The notes under the pieces: model-generated
Seen by the model: the letters and a program-made list of their open reading frames with translations, nothing else
What the model was told of the DNA's origin: nothing
Databases searched by the model: none
Translations under genes and position numbers: made by a program
Assembly: GCF_902652985.1 (NCBI RefSeq)
Contig: NC_047015.1
Location: 33,542,001-33,606,000, forward strand
Reading direction: 5' to 3'
Origin: Pecten maximus
Taxonomy: Eukaryota
Length of the DNA stretch: 64,000 nt
Shown here: piece after piece, positions 35,724 to 49,642 of the stretch
Numbering within the stretch: position 1 is the first letter of the stretch
How the letters are laid out: each line of letters begins with the position of its first letter

Positions 35724-38710
35724 GGAAGATTTAAACTTCTGAGATTGTTTAGTAATTGATTTCTAGGTAGTGTATATAATGGGCAAGAATAGAAGAAATG
35801 AAAATTGTTTTCAGTATTTCCGCATGAACACGACGGATCGTTAGTTAAGTTGGCCCTAAATAGATCATCCTGGAGAATACTGCATTTGTTTCTAAGTCTT
35901 GTGTGTAAAATTGTGAGTTTCCTGTCTCCCATAGTGAGAAATTTTGGAGTTGAGATTATATCAGGTTTTATTTGATTTCTAAAGGCGACAAGAGAGTTAG
36001 TGGATTTTAATGTGGGGGCAAGGGAATTCCATTGGGATATAGAAGAGGGTTAAACGATTTCCTAAATAATTCGGTCCTACATCTTGGGATTGTAAAGTCG
36101 TTCAAGTTTCGAGTGGAATATGCAGATGCTTCAGAGCGCAAGTTTGGTAAAAGATCTCGAAGATAATTTGGTGTCATATTGTTTTGAATGCGAAATATAG
36201 TTGATAGTTTTAATTGTTTACGACGTTCTGATAGTAGTTCCCAACCTGTTTCATAATATAAAGATTGTCTTGATGCATAATCAGGTAAACCTGTGACTAT
36301 TCAAGCGGCCAATAATTGAACTTTTTCAAGTTTTTCTGAGTCCTGAAGAGAGCAACCGTCCCAAACTACAGATGCGTATTCTAAAAGAGGACGGATATAT
36401 GTTTTATAGAGTATTGATCATGAACATCTGGACACTATGTATTTAAGTTTTTTTAGTAAGATTATTTTTTATAAGCTGATTTGGCAATGCAATCGATGTG
36501 GTAAGACCAACTACCATCACTTGAGAAATTGAGCCCTAGGTGTTTATGGTGTTGAATAAATGACAAGCTGACATTTTAAAAAACAATATCTGGTATTTGT
36601 GAGTTTCGTCTTTTTGAGAAAACAATAGCATTTGTTTTTTTCAGCAATAAATCTCATCAACCATTTTTTAGACCAATTTTCTAATGTTAGCATATCATGA
36701 TTAATAAAGGCTTCAATCTCCTGAGTAGATCGGGATGACTTACTCAGTGAGGTATCATCAGCGAAAAGTCTACTGACGCTTATCATATTTTCGGCAATAT
36801 CGTTAGCATCAATTAAAAAAAGTAAAGGACCACGCACTGAACCCTGGGGTACCCCAGCTGATATATTTAATAATTTATAGTAACTTGACTTGTAGATAAC
36901 TCTTTGTTTTCGGTTTGATAGATAATCTTTTAACCATAATAAAACAAATCCAGTTATTCCATATTTTTCTAATTTATGTAGTAATCCTTTATGCCATACC
37001 CTGTCAAAAGCTTTAGATAGATCACACAAAAGCAATACAACATTCCTCTTGAATATCTATGGCAGAAGTTATATTATGGTAGATCTCCAATAACTGAAAG
37101 ACAGTTGAGTGATTTGGTAAAAAACCTGACTGATATTTGTAAAATAAATCATTAGATTGAAAAAAGTTATATATATTTAAAAACAAGACGCTCAAACACT
37201 TTGCTAATGCAGCTTAATAATGAAATCGGTCTGTAGTTTGACATAAGGCTGGGATTGTCTTTTTTAAATAAAGGAACAACATTTGCGATTTTCCAGCTAT
37301 TTGGAAAACAATTTTCAGAAAGTGATCTATTGAATAAAATACACAATGGTTTGCAAATAGTAGAAGCTGTATTCTTTAACACCCCTGTTACTATTTCTTC
37401 TGGTCCTGTAGCTTTGTTTATATCTAATGTTTTAAATACATCTTCGACCTCTATTTCATTAACATTTACATCTGTAAGAGAGAAGTTCGAAGTAACTGGT
37501 TGTGGTAGGTCAGTATTAGGTTCTTCTATAGTTGATATTGATGCAAAATAAGAGTTAAGAGCATTAACATTATCTGAATCCGAAAAGGAGGTTGAAGTGC
37601 TTCCATCAAAATTCGTATGTTGCAAAGGAGGAATGTGTGATGATAATGTTTTGTAAATTAGCTGCTTAAATAGTTTCCAGTACAATTTCTGGTTATTGAC
37701 AGATGCATCAGAAAATATTGTTATAATAATTTAAGATGGCATGTTTCTTCATATTACATACTTTATTTCTAGCTGCTTTATACAAGTTTATAAGTGTTGT
37801 TGTTTGTGATGTCTGAGCTTTTTTCCTTAGCCTATCTCTTTTCCTGATTTGACGTCTTAGAGCGGAATCAAACCATGGTTTGTCCCTCGGATGAATAGTG
37901 ATTTGTTTGTTGGGTATATGTTTTCGTGTTAAATCAACTATAGCTCGAGTAAAGGATGTGCAGGCATGATCTAAACTAACTGGACTGTTAATGATGTTAT
38001 TCCAGTCAGTGTTGGCTATTTCGTTGTTTAGTTGTACAAAATTGGCATTTTGTTATATGATATAAATACCTTTTTGTGGGGAAACCCAAATCTGAGCCAA
38101 GACCTGAACAATGAGATTTTTAACTACGTATGTAAATACATTAAAGATACAGACCGTTTTTAGCACCTTAACATCTTTCTTAAGAAATGCAACTTTTAAT
38201 CAATTCATGCGGCAATCAGGTAAAAAATGTTGTGCTAAAATTGGGCATTGAAACAGCTGTCAACAACCAGTTTTAACTATTTTCTTCTTTTTTTTCTTTT
38301 TCTCCTTTGCTTATCCTTACCAACAGTGTTATTTATCCAAATAATGACAGTCGGACCTTGTTATCTCGAAGCAGGAAGAATCATCTGTTCGGAAATCACA
38401 TAGCAACATATAATCTTAAAAAAATTGAATACACAACTGAAATATTATTCAGTATTATAAACATAGATACAGTCCCATTTCTAGCCATCAGGAGAGCTCG
38501 AGATAACAGGGTCCAATTGAAATTGTAATTGCAATTGTAATTCATTGTAAAGTATTTACAAAATGAGCAATTTATTTATAGCTAATATGCAGCCATGATT
38601 CACTGTTAATATTTGATGTTCAGGAGAGGGCCTCGATAACTTTTAGAACTTGTGCCCCAATCCTATTTGTCAGTATGAACCAATCAAAGGCAAATAAAAT
38701 ATGTTTAAAC
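35724..38710 (+). mobile_element. CR1-type LINE with 5' inversion (twin-priming structure)
   Basis: 13-bp TSD CAAGTAAACAGCT at 35711-35723 and 38711-38723. 35724-~38055 carries RT on the minus strand (KATGP, NYRPISLL, DLSKAFD, GVPQGS, LFADD). ~38053-38710 carries the ORF2 C-terminus (DINTFLWGN..YIKDTDRF*) and 3' UTR on the plus strand. Confidence 0.9.
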
Positions 38711-38811
38711 CAAGTAAACAGCTTCTATATTCATGATTTGTAATATTATATTAAAGTGCTTCTATCCTATTTATAAAATCACGTCAGACGAAGACTTCAC
38801 ACTCCTAATAC

Positions 38812-39573
38812 AGTACTATTCTCACAATGAGAGATAGGTGTGTAGGTGCGGTACTGTCCTCACAATGAGAGATAGGTGTGTAGGTGTGGTACTGTCCTCA
38901 CAATGAGAGATAGGTGTGTAGGTGTGGTACTGTCCTCATAATGAGAGATAGGTGTGTAGGTGTGGTACTGTCCTCATAATGAGAGATAGGTGTGTAGGTG
39001 CGGTACTGTCCTCATAATGAGAGATAGGTGTGTAGGTGTGGTACTGTCCTCATAATGAAAGATAGGTGTGTAGGTGTGGTACTGTCCTCACAATGAGAGA
39101 TAGGTGTGTAGGTGTGGTACTGTCCTCACAATGAGAGATAGGTGTGTGGGTGTGGTACTGTCCTCACAATGAGAGATAGGTGTGTAGGTGTGGTACTGTC
39201 CTCACAATGAGAGATAGGTGTGTAGGTGTGGTACTGTCCTCACAATGAGAGATATGTGTGTAGGTGTGGTACTGTCCTCACAATGAGAGATAGGTGTGTA
39301 GGTGCGGTACTGTCCTCACAACGAGAGATAGGTGTGTAGGTGCGGTACTGTCCTCATAATGAGAGATAGGTGTGTAGGTGCGGTACTGTCCTCACAATGA
39401 GAGATAGGTGTGTAGGTGCGGTACTGTCCTCACAATGAGAGATAGGTGTGTAGGTGCGGTACTGTCCTCACAATGAGAGATAGGTGTGTAGGTGCGGTAC
39501 TGTCCTCACAATGAGAGATAGGTGTGTAGGTGTGGTACTGTCCTCACAATGAGAGATAGGTGTGTAGGTGCGG
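38812..39573. repeat. 38-bp minisatellite (GTACTGTCCTCACAATGAGAGATAGGTGTGTAGGTGTG), ~20 copies
   Basis: Tandem periodicity. Confidence 0.95.
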
Positions 39574-39599
39574 GTTGTAAAGTTGTCATTAGGAGAGAC

Positions 39600-41050
39600 A
39601 TTAAAACCATGAAATCTGCTAGAAACATAACTGGTTGTTTGATGTTTTAAAAGCAGATGACAATAATTTAACTGATGATTAAGAGATTGGCTTGCGAAGT
39701 GTTACACGAATTATCAGAAACGAATGCCGTGACCTGAGGATCAAAACGTTGGTGTTAATCAATGCTTACTATGTATAAAGAGTTTAAATAAAAACTCGAT
39801 CATTTTGTCCAAGCGCGCAAAACACTACCTCAGCTTTCATCACAAGCTATGGTGTCCGTGATCATCACATATTTGTTAACATTACCTCATAGGGAAAGAT
39901 CTTAAACCTAAAGTTGAAATTCGCATCGATGAAAGAGAAGTAATGAATTCCCAGCTATACCTTCCAGATCAAAGGAAATCACCACCGACCCTTTAGAGTT
40001 ATTACATGGAGTGTTCATTTCGGAGATTGAAATGGTAGTCTCTCCTGGCTGGAGAAAGATGGCATTGTTGTTGTTGATTGAAGATTTAGGGATGTTTTGC
40101 CAGATTTGTGATCACGTGGTTTGGCAACAAAGATGGCGTCTTTTCTAAAACTTGGACAGACTCATTATGACGACCTACAAGCTAACCTTGATCCATAACT
40201 CAATACAAATGGGTAGTGGAGTTACGTCATGGACGATTCAAGCAATGTCTGTTTTTCAGAAAAAAAAATTGCATCCAACTATTTCATTGTCGTCATCGAG
40301 ACACTCATTAGAATATATAGTAACAGTCTGTCTCAATGTAATCCGAGGACCCCTATATGTTAGAACACCAGAGAGAGACACAAAAGATAGGGTGCTGCCT
40401 GACAAAATGAAAGCGCACCTTAAGTTTTCACAGCACCTTGGCTCAGTGTATGAAAGATGAACCAGATCTTACCAGAAAGGCCATGTTACTATTTGTCAAA
40501 CTAAATGCGCCTGCGGATAATTGTGACTTTTCAATGTTAGACATGAAATACCTTCGGACAATATTTTGTGGCACATACAATCTGGCTACATCAGTGGTCA
40601 CTTCAGTGATAATGGTTAGTGCGAGATCTGGATATATCGGCACTCACGGGGCATTGTCAGACCAACTCGAGGCAAAAGAGCAGTCTAAAGTACAATGTTT
40701 GGATCCAGCGTGACATCTCCGACACCATCCCATAAAGGATTAGTATTGCCAGTGTCCTACTGGACAGAGAACCATGGAGGTAGGTACCTTGCCAGTGTCC
40801 TACTGGACAGAGAACCAAGGAGGTAGGTACTTTGCCAGTGTCCTACTGGACAGAGAACCATGGAGGTAGGTACTTTGCCAGTGTCCTACTGGACAGAGAA
40901 CCAAGGAGGTAGGTACCCAATTAGCAGTATTCTAGACTATTTAGGATACTATATGCATTTGGAAACTTGTAAGCCTTTGCATCCAAAAGTCAAAGGGTTT
41001 AAGACAAACCTCGAGCAATGCAGATTTCGCAACCAATCTCCCAGGTATTA
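39600..41050 (+). pseudogene. Degenerate DDE transposase of PIF/Harbinger-ISL2EU (DDE_Tnp_4) type with C-terminal SWIM-like finger
   Basis: VVD*RFRD (~40070, matching DRGFRD), MASFLKLGQ, WVVELRHGRFKQ (~40210), YLRTIFCGTY, SSLKYNVWI, *YCQCPTGQRT, ISSILDYLGYY. Many stops and frameshifts. Confidence 0.65.
40746..40917. repeat. 43-bp tandem repeat, 4 copies, inside the transposase relic
   Basis: Units start at 40746, 40789, 40832 and 40875. Confidence 0.9.
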
Positions 41051-42249
41051 GGTATGGTTGAGTTGGACACTTCTAACTACCATGTAGACCAACACTGGCA
41101 TGGCTTATAAGATTCTAGGATGAGGGAGCCGTATTGGATCACATATCGGGTGGTTTAATTTGTAAACCACCAAAAGATTATCATGTAGCGGTTGTAAGAA
41201 CACTTAATATCTGTGGTTATCAGGGATTTTGACGGCCATTTTAAAAGAGGATATTTCACTTTAGTGGGTTATAAGTAAAACCAAGTATAAACATTTATTT
41301 CAGTTCACATAACAATAGTTCAGTGCAAAAGAGGTTTTCCCCTATGCTCCTTTTTTCTTTTTAAAATTACATTACAATATTGTCAATCAATTTTAATTAC
41401 TTTGCAAGAAATCCTTAATTTTCTATTTTTATTTATCTGATATTGTTTGAAGATGATTTTTAGCACATCATTACGAATGGACTGCAATAGGAAGTTGTAT
41501 TTTTGACATTTAGATAATTTCGCTGAATATTAAAAGAGCATGTTTCTTCTGTTCCTAATGCATTCAAAATGTAACGTCTTGCTTTTTATATATGCCATCT
41601 AGCATGCTATTATCAGCATGTTTATGTTTAGTTTTTTTTCTCAAAAAGATCAAGAATTGATATTATAGCATTTCCTCCAAAAAAAACCCATTCATTAAAA
41701 ATAATAGCACAAAATGAGCGCTTTATTCTTGCGTATGTGCATTATACATTGTATATGTTTTGACTTCAATGCCTATTCATACAAATGTAAACGTAGAACT
41801 ACAGAGGCTGCCAATAAAACATACAAGGTGTTGTATTTGTTTCTTAGGCCATTTTGAAGTCCAAACTTTCTGCATCCTCACTCCCGTTACAACCATTCTG
41901 CTAATAAATATTCTGTCTGCATTCTGCAGTGTTACATTAGTCAATAATTCCCAAACTTTATCTAATCAATCAAAATAACGCTGAAACACCATCCTTACCT
42001 ACACAAATTCATCACGTGACCGACGTGTTTAACTGTCGCGATTGTGTTATTGCAGCTACATTGACGTCGAGATCGATATAGGACCGGAAGTGACTGATAT
42101 ATTGTATACTTATCTCACAAATTAGTTTCCTGACGTTGTGTAGGCCAGTCTGGATTTGGCTGTCGCAACGGCAATTGAGGGTATCGTGCGTGCGCGGAAC
42201 ATTATCTTATAATGTGGTATTTAAATCTTGTCCTGATTGGTGTAAGTAT

Positions 42250-44402
42250 AATTAGTCTAAATACACTACCTAATAAAGTCTAATTATATGTAGTCTAAAT
42301 TCGCTACTCAATAAAGTTTCATTAGTCTAAATACACCATCCAATAAAAGTTTAATTAGTCTAAATACAACAATTCATAAAGTCTAATTAGTCTAACTACA
42401 CTACCCAATAAAGTCTTATTATATGTAGTCTAAATACACCACTCAATAAAGTCTAATTAGTCTAAATACACCACTCAATAAAGTCTAATTAGTCTAAATA
42501 CACTACTCAATAAAGTCTAATTAGTCTAAATACACCATTCAATAAAGTCTAATTATTCTAAATACACCACGCAATAAAGTCTAATTAGTCTAAATACACC
42601 ACTCAATAAAGTCTAATTATTCTAAATACACCACGCAATAAAGTCAAATTAGTCTAAATACACTACTGAATAAAGTCGAATTAGTCTAAATACACCACTC
42701 AATAAAGTCAAATTAGTCTAAATACACTACTCAATAAAGTCTAATTAGTCTAAATACACCACTCAATAAAGTCGAATTAGTCTAAATACACTACTCAATA
42801 AAGTCTAATTAGTCTAAATACACCACTCAATAAAGTCTAATTAGTCTAAATACAATACTCAATAAAGTCTAATTAGTCTAAATACACTACTCAATAAAGT
42901 CAAATTAGTCTAAATACACCACTCAATAAAGTCTAATTAGTCTAAATACACTACTCAATAAAGTCTAATTAGTCTAAATTCACTACTCAATAAAGTCTAA
43001 TTAAATTAGTCTAAATACACCACTCAATAAAGTCTAATTAGTCTAAATACACCACTCAATAAAGTCTAATTAGTCTAAATACACTACTCAATAAAGTCAA
43101 ATTAGTCTAAATACACTACTCAATAAAGTCTAATTAGTCTAAATACACCACTCAATAAAGTCGAATTAGTCTAAATACACTACTCAATAAAGTCTAATTA
43201 GTCTAAATACACTACTCAATAAAGTCAAATTAGTCTAAATACACTACTCAATAAAGTCTAATTAGTCTAAATACACTACTCAATAAAGTCTAATTAGTCT
43301 AAATACACTACTCAATAAAGTCTAATTAGTCTAAATACACTACTCAATAAAGTCTAATTAGTCTAAATACACTACTCAATAAAGTCTAATTAGTCTAAAT
43401 ACACTACTCAATAAAGTCTAATTAGTCTAAATACACTACTCAATAAAGTCTTATAGGTCTAAATACACTACTCAATAAAGTCTAATTAGTCTAAATACAC
43501 TACTCAATAAAGTCTAATTAGTCTAAATACACTACTCAATAAAGTCTAATTAGTCTAAATACACCACTCAATAAAGTCTAATTAGTCTAAATACACTACT
43601 CAATAAAGTCTAATTAGTCTAAATACACTACTCAATAAAGTCTAATTAGTCTAAATACACTACTCAATAAAGTCTATTAGTCTAATACACTACTCAATAA
43701 AGTCTAATTATTCTAAATACACCACTCAATAAAGTCGAATTAGTCTAAATACACCACTCAATAAAGTCAAATTAGTCTAAATACACCACTCAATAAAGTC
43801 TAATTAGTCTAAATACACTACTCAATAAAGTCTAATTAGTCTAAATACACCACTCAATAAAGTCAAATTAGTCTAAATACACCACTCAATAAAGTCAAAT
43901 TAGTCTAAATACACTACTCAATAAAGTCGAATTAGTCTAAATACACTACTCAATAAAGTCGAATTAGTCTAAATACACCACTCAATAAAGTCTAATTAGT
44001 CTAAATACACTACTCAATAAAGTCTAATTATTCTAAATACACCACTCAATAAAGTCGAATTAGTCTGAATACACCACTCAATAAAGTCAAATTAGTCTAA
44101 ATACACCACTCAATAAAGTCGAATTAGTCTGAATACACCACTCAATAAAGTCAAATTAGTCTAAATACACCACTCAATAAAGTCAAATTAGTCTAAATAC
44201 ACCACTCAATAAAGTCTAATTAGTCTAAATACACCACTCAATAAAGTCTAATTAGTCTAAATACACCACTCAATAAAGTCTAATTAGTCTAAATACACTA
44301 CTCAATAAAGTCTAATTAGTCTAAATACACCACTCAATAAAGTCTCATTAGTCTGAATACACTACTCAATAAAGTCTAATTAGTCTAAATACACTACTTA
44401 AT
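42250..44402. repeat. 32-bp AT-rich minisatellite (AATTAGTCTAAATACACTACTCAATAAAGTCT), ~67 copies
   Basis: Tandem periodicity. Confidence 0.95.
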
Positions 44403-44404
44403 AG

Positions 44405-45145
44405 TTTTAGCTTTCAACACCTAGAATCTTCCTTCAATGACATGTTTTCATCAATGTTTATAAAAATGTTAAGTATGAGTAAACCTCTGGCATTGTTTTG
44501 GTTTCAAGATTCCAAGGTCAGGGTCAAGGTGAATTTAGAAAATAATCTTTTTTTCAGTTTTAATACTTAGAAACTACATCCTTTCATACATTTTTATCAA
44601 ACTTTATATACAATTTTGGGTATACTTCTGACATGGTTTCAAGGTCAAGGCACTGTTTTAGCCTAAATATAAAAATCATCAACGGATTCAACGTCATTAT
44701 ATGGTAGCTACATCATTTCTTTTTTGATGGAAAGACACAAAAAGACAAAATACAGTGTATGCATTAAACACACGAGTTTTTGTGCTTCAGGGTCCACAGG
44801 TCAAAATCACTTCATAGACACCGTCCTGTCCCGTCTGTCCCGTTCTGTCCCGTCCTGTCTCGTCACGTCCTGGCCCGATTCAATTTAAACACCTAACTTC
44901 ATTCTTTGATAAACTTTGGTGAAATATTTGAGTATACTTCGAACAACAGGTGTTTCAGAGTGTCAAGGTCAAGGTCAGACATGCTATATATAGAAAGTCA
45001 TCAATTGTTCAATTTAATCGCTATATATTGAAAGTCATCAATTGTTCAATTTAATCGTTTAGCAACTTAATTAATTCTTTAACAGACTTGGGTAAAACTT
45101 TATGCAAAGTTTACATGGCAGTGGGGGTATTTTTGTCGTACTAGT
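44405..45145 (+). mobile_element. Degenerate HINE/Helentron-like remnant
   Basis: Recurring TCAAGGTCAAGGTCA sub-repeats (~44513, 44639, 44963), GTCCCGTC/GTCC micro-repeats, and a terminal GGCAGTGGGGGTAT. Confidence 0.4.
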
Positions 45146-46261
45146 TTTCTTCAATTTAATGCCAATATATACATTTATAACTCGTTTCTGTTTTATGATT
45201 TTCAAATAAATATGATATTTGATAGGTGAATTACTTTAAGGCTGTGTTAATTTCATAATGTATATAGCAAATAATGATATTATTGAAATCGTTTCATACA
45301 ACAAAACAGTTGTTGATTTTGTTTAGGTTTATACACCGAATTGTAAATCGCAATCGCAAATTATTTATAAACAAACGGACTACAAACAAACGAGAAGTCC
45401 TGCCTAACAAATCAATAACAATTGAATTTGATTGTCTATATCATAGGTTTATTTAATTTTTATTGCAGAACAATTGGTACTGGTAGCGTTTCATCACTCT
45501 GTATACACCGCTGGCTGTTGGATATGTTATAATGATGAATTACTATGTAGTCTTCCAGTCAATCAAGAACAAAGTCAATAATTGTATGATATAGACTACT
45601 TATTGTATATCATACCGTCCGTTAAATGACACTATGAAATACCTATTATACATCAGTCCGCCCGTTAAACGGCGATATAAATGCTTACTGTACAGCAAAA
45701 TCGAAGATTATGTGTACAATATATTATGAATTTGGAAAATGAAGAGGTTTAACACTGTAAATTTGACCACAGGGTAAGGTTTATGAAAGCACTTACTCAA
45801 GTATTACAATTGGAAATGTTAATGATATCTTAAGTAGATAGCACTCTTAGCTTATGATTCAACAGGCCCACAATTATCATGGACTTGGTACACGTTCTCA
45901 AAGTAAAGGAGCTGATGATACACATATACATATATATAGACCAAAATCTGTCCGCCTCCCCTTCCGACACGCGTGGTCTTACTGTCTTTGTACTGTCTGT
46001 TACACAATATGAAGCAAGCACAGTGACGAAGATGCATGTTCTGTCAAAACTGACAAAATATGCAAACATTATCCATGCGTTACACCTGGCCACTAATATA
46101 ACCCCTACTCAGAACTATTTTCTCAAGATCACCAGCTGTGTTTTTGATGTAAATCATAAAACTTGTCACAAGCACCACTAGAAAGGGTCGACAGTATCTG
46201 CCATGCTAGGATAATGCATGTCCCACGGAGATTTTTTATCGATGGAGATCAACTGACTCAC

Positions 46262-46308
46262 AAACCGTTAGTGAATGGGGTCTTGGTATTGATCCGGGCA
46301 TTCTCCAT
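46262..46308 (-). other. Candidate short first coding exon (MENARINTKTPFTNG, phase-2 donor)
   Basis: GTG-ATG-G start, 15 codons, then TT|GTGAGT; motif cluster 400-600 bp upstream. Confidence 0.25.
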
Positions 46309-46712
46309 CACAGCGACTACGTCATGCTTCTTTATCAATAAAACCTTTTGACTCCCTCTGTGTATTTCCCTCTACACCCGTGCTTGTGTTATTGTGGACG
46401 CCATACGGTCAGTCCTGAGACCCTACCGTCCGTGTCCACGCTCGTTAGTGGCTGACGTCTGTAATTAGGATGGTTTGTGAACTGTAGATTAGACAGGACA
46501 TATTCTCTGTGTCGTTATAGCTGGTGTTGTCAGCGCTTCAGAAATGGATTGTGGATTCCATTCCTGTAAATACTGGAACGCCAAGGCTGGTACGTGTCAC
46601 AGACTTATCAGGAATTAGTCGGAACATTCAGTAATCCTACTCTTTATTTTCACACCCGTCATGGCAGTGCCAGACTCACCCAAGATAGGTATACGGATGG
46701 CTCAGAACGGAG

Positions 46713-46903
46713 TGACGTCAGGGGAGGGGGGAAACACCGCTTACGACGAGACCTCCATCCACAAGGTCAGTACAAGGTCAATTCAGTTTAACGCATTTTT
46801 GTAAAACTGTCAATTTACAAATAATGTATTTTAAATGTTGTACTTATTTTATGTTTCCCGTTCTTCTTTACCGCTCTTGGGGAAAGACCGTGTCACGTGA
46901 CCT
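46713..46903. promoter_or_regulatory. Motif cluster: CRE, GC box, perfect DR5, E-box
   Basis: TGACGTCA at 46713-46720; GGGGAGGGGG at 46721-46730; AGGTCA-n5-AGGTCA at 46764-46780; GTCACGTGAC at 46892-46901. Confidence 0.4.
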
Positions 46904-47639
46904 ATGGAACGGTCTACGGGGAACGACGTGTGCATTTGTGTAATCCCAAATGCATTAAGTGACAGAATTGATGAAAGTAAAATGACATGTATCTGGAGAC
47001 TATATTGATGTTTCGTTGAGAGAGTATGGGTAGGGGTTTAACCAGATCCATACTGTTTTATTTGAGACTCAATGTCTATCAAACTGAGAAAACGACGAGG
47101 AAATGTTTATAGACACAAATAGACACGAAAGCATTCGGTACCAACATATAGAACAAAAGGGTCATACAACCTGCTGTATCGAATGAGAGACGTCATTACC
47201 ATACGGTTACCCAGGGATCATTATCGATATAGATACCAGTGTTTACTTATTAACCTACCGCACTGCCCTACAAATCACCTGGTGTCCGAGATACCTGGTA
47301 TCGATCGGTACATAGGGCTCTACATATTGTCTGCACTATCCATTTCGAACTCATCCAACATTTTTATTTCATTTGGCAGTTTCCCAATATCACTATTTAT
47401 TTATCATGAGTGTTATCCTCGCAACATTACATCTACCCTGACCATTATACCGCCACCATTAAATCTACACTCTACCCATTAGATGTATACTTCAACCAGT
47501 TTACAACCATTAGACCCCCACAGTATTAAATGTATACTTCAACCTTGAGACGCCCACACCAATAAACCCGTGCAAGAGCAAGGCCAGTATTCACTCTATA
47601 TTGCTCTGCATGTAGTAAGAGGCGATTAATTGTAATCCT

Positions 47640-49013
47640 CACACCATAAGATGTATACTTCAACCATTACACCCTCACACCTTTAGGTGTATACTACAAC
47701 CATTACACCCTCACACCATTAGGTGTATACTACAACAATTACACCCTCACACCATTAGGTGTATACTACAACAATTACACCCTCACACCATTAGGTGTAT
47801 ACTACAACCATTACACCCTCACACCTTCAGGTGTATACTACAACCATTACACCCTCACACCATTAGGTGTATACTACAACCATTACACCCTCACACCATT
47901 AGGTGTATACTACAACCATTACACCCTCACACCATCAGATATATACTACAACCATTACAGCCTCACACCATTAGGTGTATACTACAGCCATTACACTCTC
48001 ACACCATTAAGTGTATAATACAACCATTACACACTCACACCATTAGGTGTATACTACAACCATTACACCCTCACACCATTACGTGTATACTACAACCATT
48101 ACACCCTCACACCATTAGGTGTATACTACAGCCATTACACTCTCACACCATTAAGTGTATAATACAACCATTACACCCTCACACCATTAGATGTATACTA
48201 CAGCCATCACACCCTCACACCAATTAGGTGTATACTACAACCATTACACCCTCACACCATTAATTGTATACTACCACCATTACACCCTCACACCATTAGG
48301 TGTATACTACAGCCATTACACTCTCACACCATTAAGTGTATAATACAACCATTACACCCTCACACCATTAGATGTATACTACAGCCATTACACCCTCACA
48401 CCAATTAGGTGTATACTACAACCATTACAGCCTCACACCATTAATTGTATACTACCAACATTACACCCTCACACCATTAGGTGTATACTACAACCATTAC
48501 ACCCTCACACCATTAGATGTATACTACAACCATTACACCCTCACACCATTAGGTGTATACTACAACCATTACACCCTCACACCATTAGGTGTATACTACC
48601 ACCATTACACCCTCACACCATTAGGTGTATACTACAACCATTACACCCTCACACCATTAGGTGTATACTACAACCATTACACCCTCACACCATCAGATAT
48701 ATACTACAACCATTATAACCTCACACCATTAGATATATACTACAACCATTACACCCTTACACCATTAGGTGTATACTACAACCATTACACCCTCACACCA
48801 TTAATTGTATACTACAACCATTACACCCTCACACCATTAATTGTATACTACCACCATTACACCCTCACACCATTAGGTGTATACTACAACCATTACAGCC
48901 TCACACCATTAAGTGTATACTACAACCATTACACCCTCACACCATTAGGTGTATACTACCACCATTACACCCTCACACCATAAGTTGTATACCACAACCA
49001 TTAAACCCTCACA
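47640..49013. repeat. 36-bp minisatellite (CAACCATTACACCCTCACACCATTAGGTGTATACTA), ~38 copies, with degenerate copies from ~47440
   Basis: Tandem periodicity; explains the ORF at 48372-48983. Confidence 0.95.
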
Positions 49014-49642
49014 CGAAGGTCAAATGTGAGTCGATTTATTTCGTGAAATTAGGTTGATGCATTTTGACACATCAGACACTAATCGTTGTTGACTCGTTGT
49101 TGACTCGTTATTGACTCGTTGTTTAGGTTGATTACATGGTTTGACACATACTGTCGAATCAATGTTGATTTATTTTTTATGAAAATTGACGCAATGATGA
49201 ATCTTCACCAAAAAATGACTTTTTTACTTTTATCTATTAGATATTGTGCTTTTGTTGTCATAATCGATATTGTCAAACGATACATAAATATTTTACACGA
49301 TAATTTATAATAAGAAGGGGTTTATTCATCCTTTAATCGTTACGCTTTGTCCACTTCATACATCGTTTACCTGTCTGTACTGACCAAATTGGTATTCGGT
49401 GTTATCGCTCTGTAAATAACCATTATTATTACTGGTGTGTCATGCGTAGGCACCAGTACGCCTACATGGGCAAATTAGGAATATCAGCTCTGACCAAATC
49501 TGCATTTAGAAACTTCCGGGTTGAAAGGGTCATACGATAGAAACTAACTATGTTACGAGATTTCAAAGTGTTTCTTTGACAGAGGTGGCCGAGATCTCCA
49601 GCAGTTCTTGTTACCTTTTCATCTAACTTATTTGACATCTTA

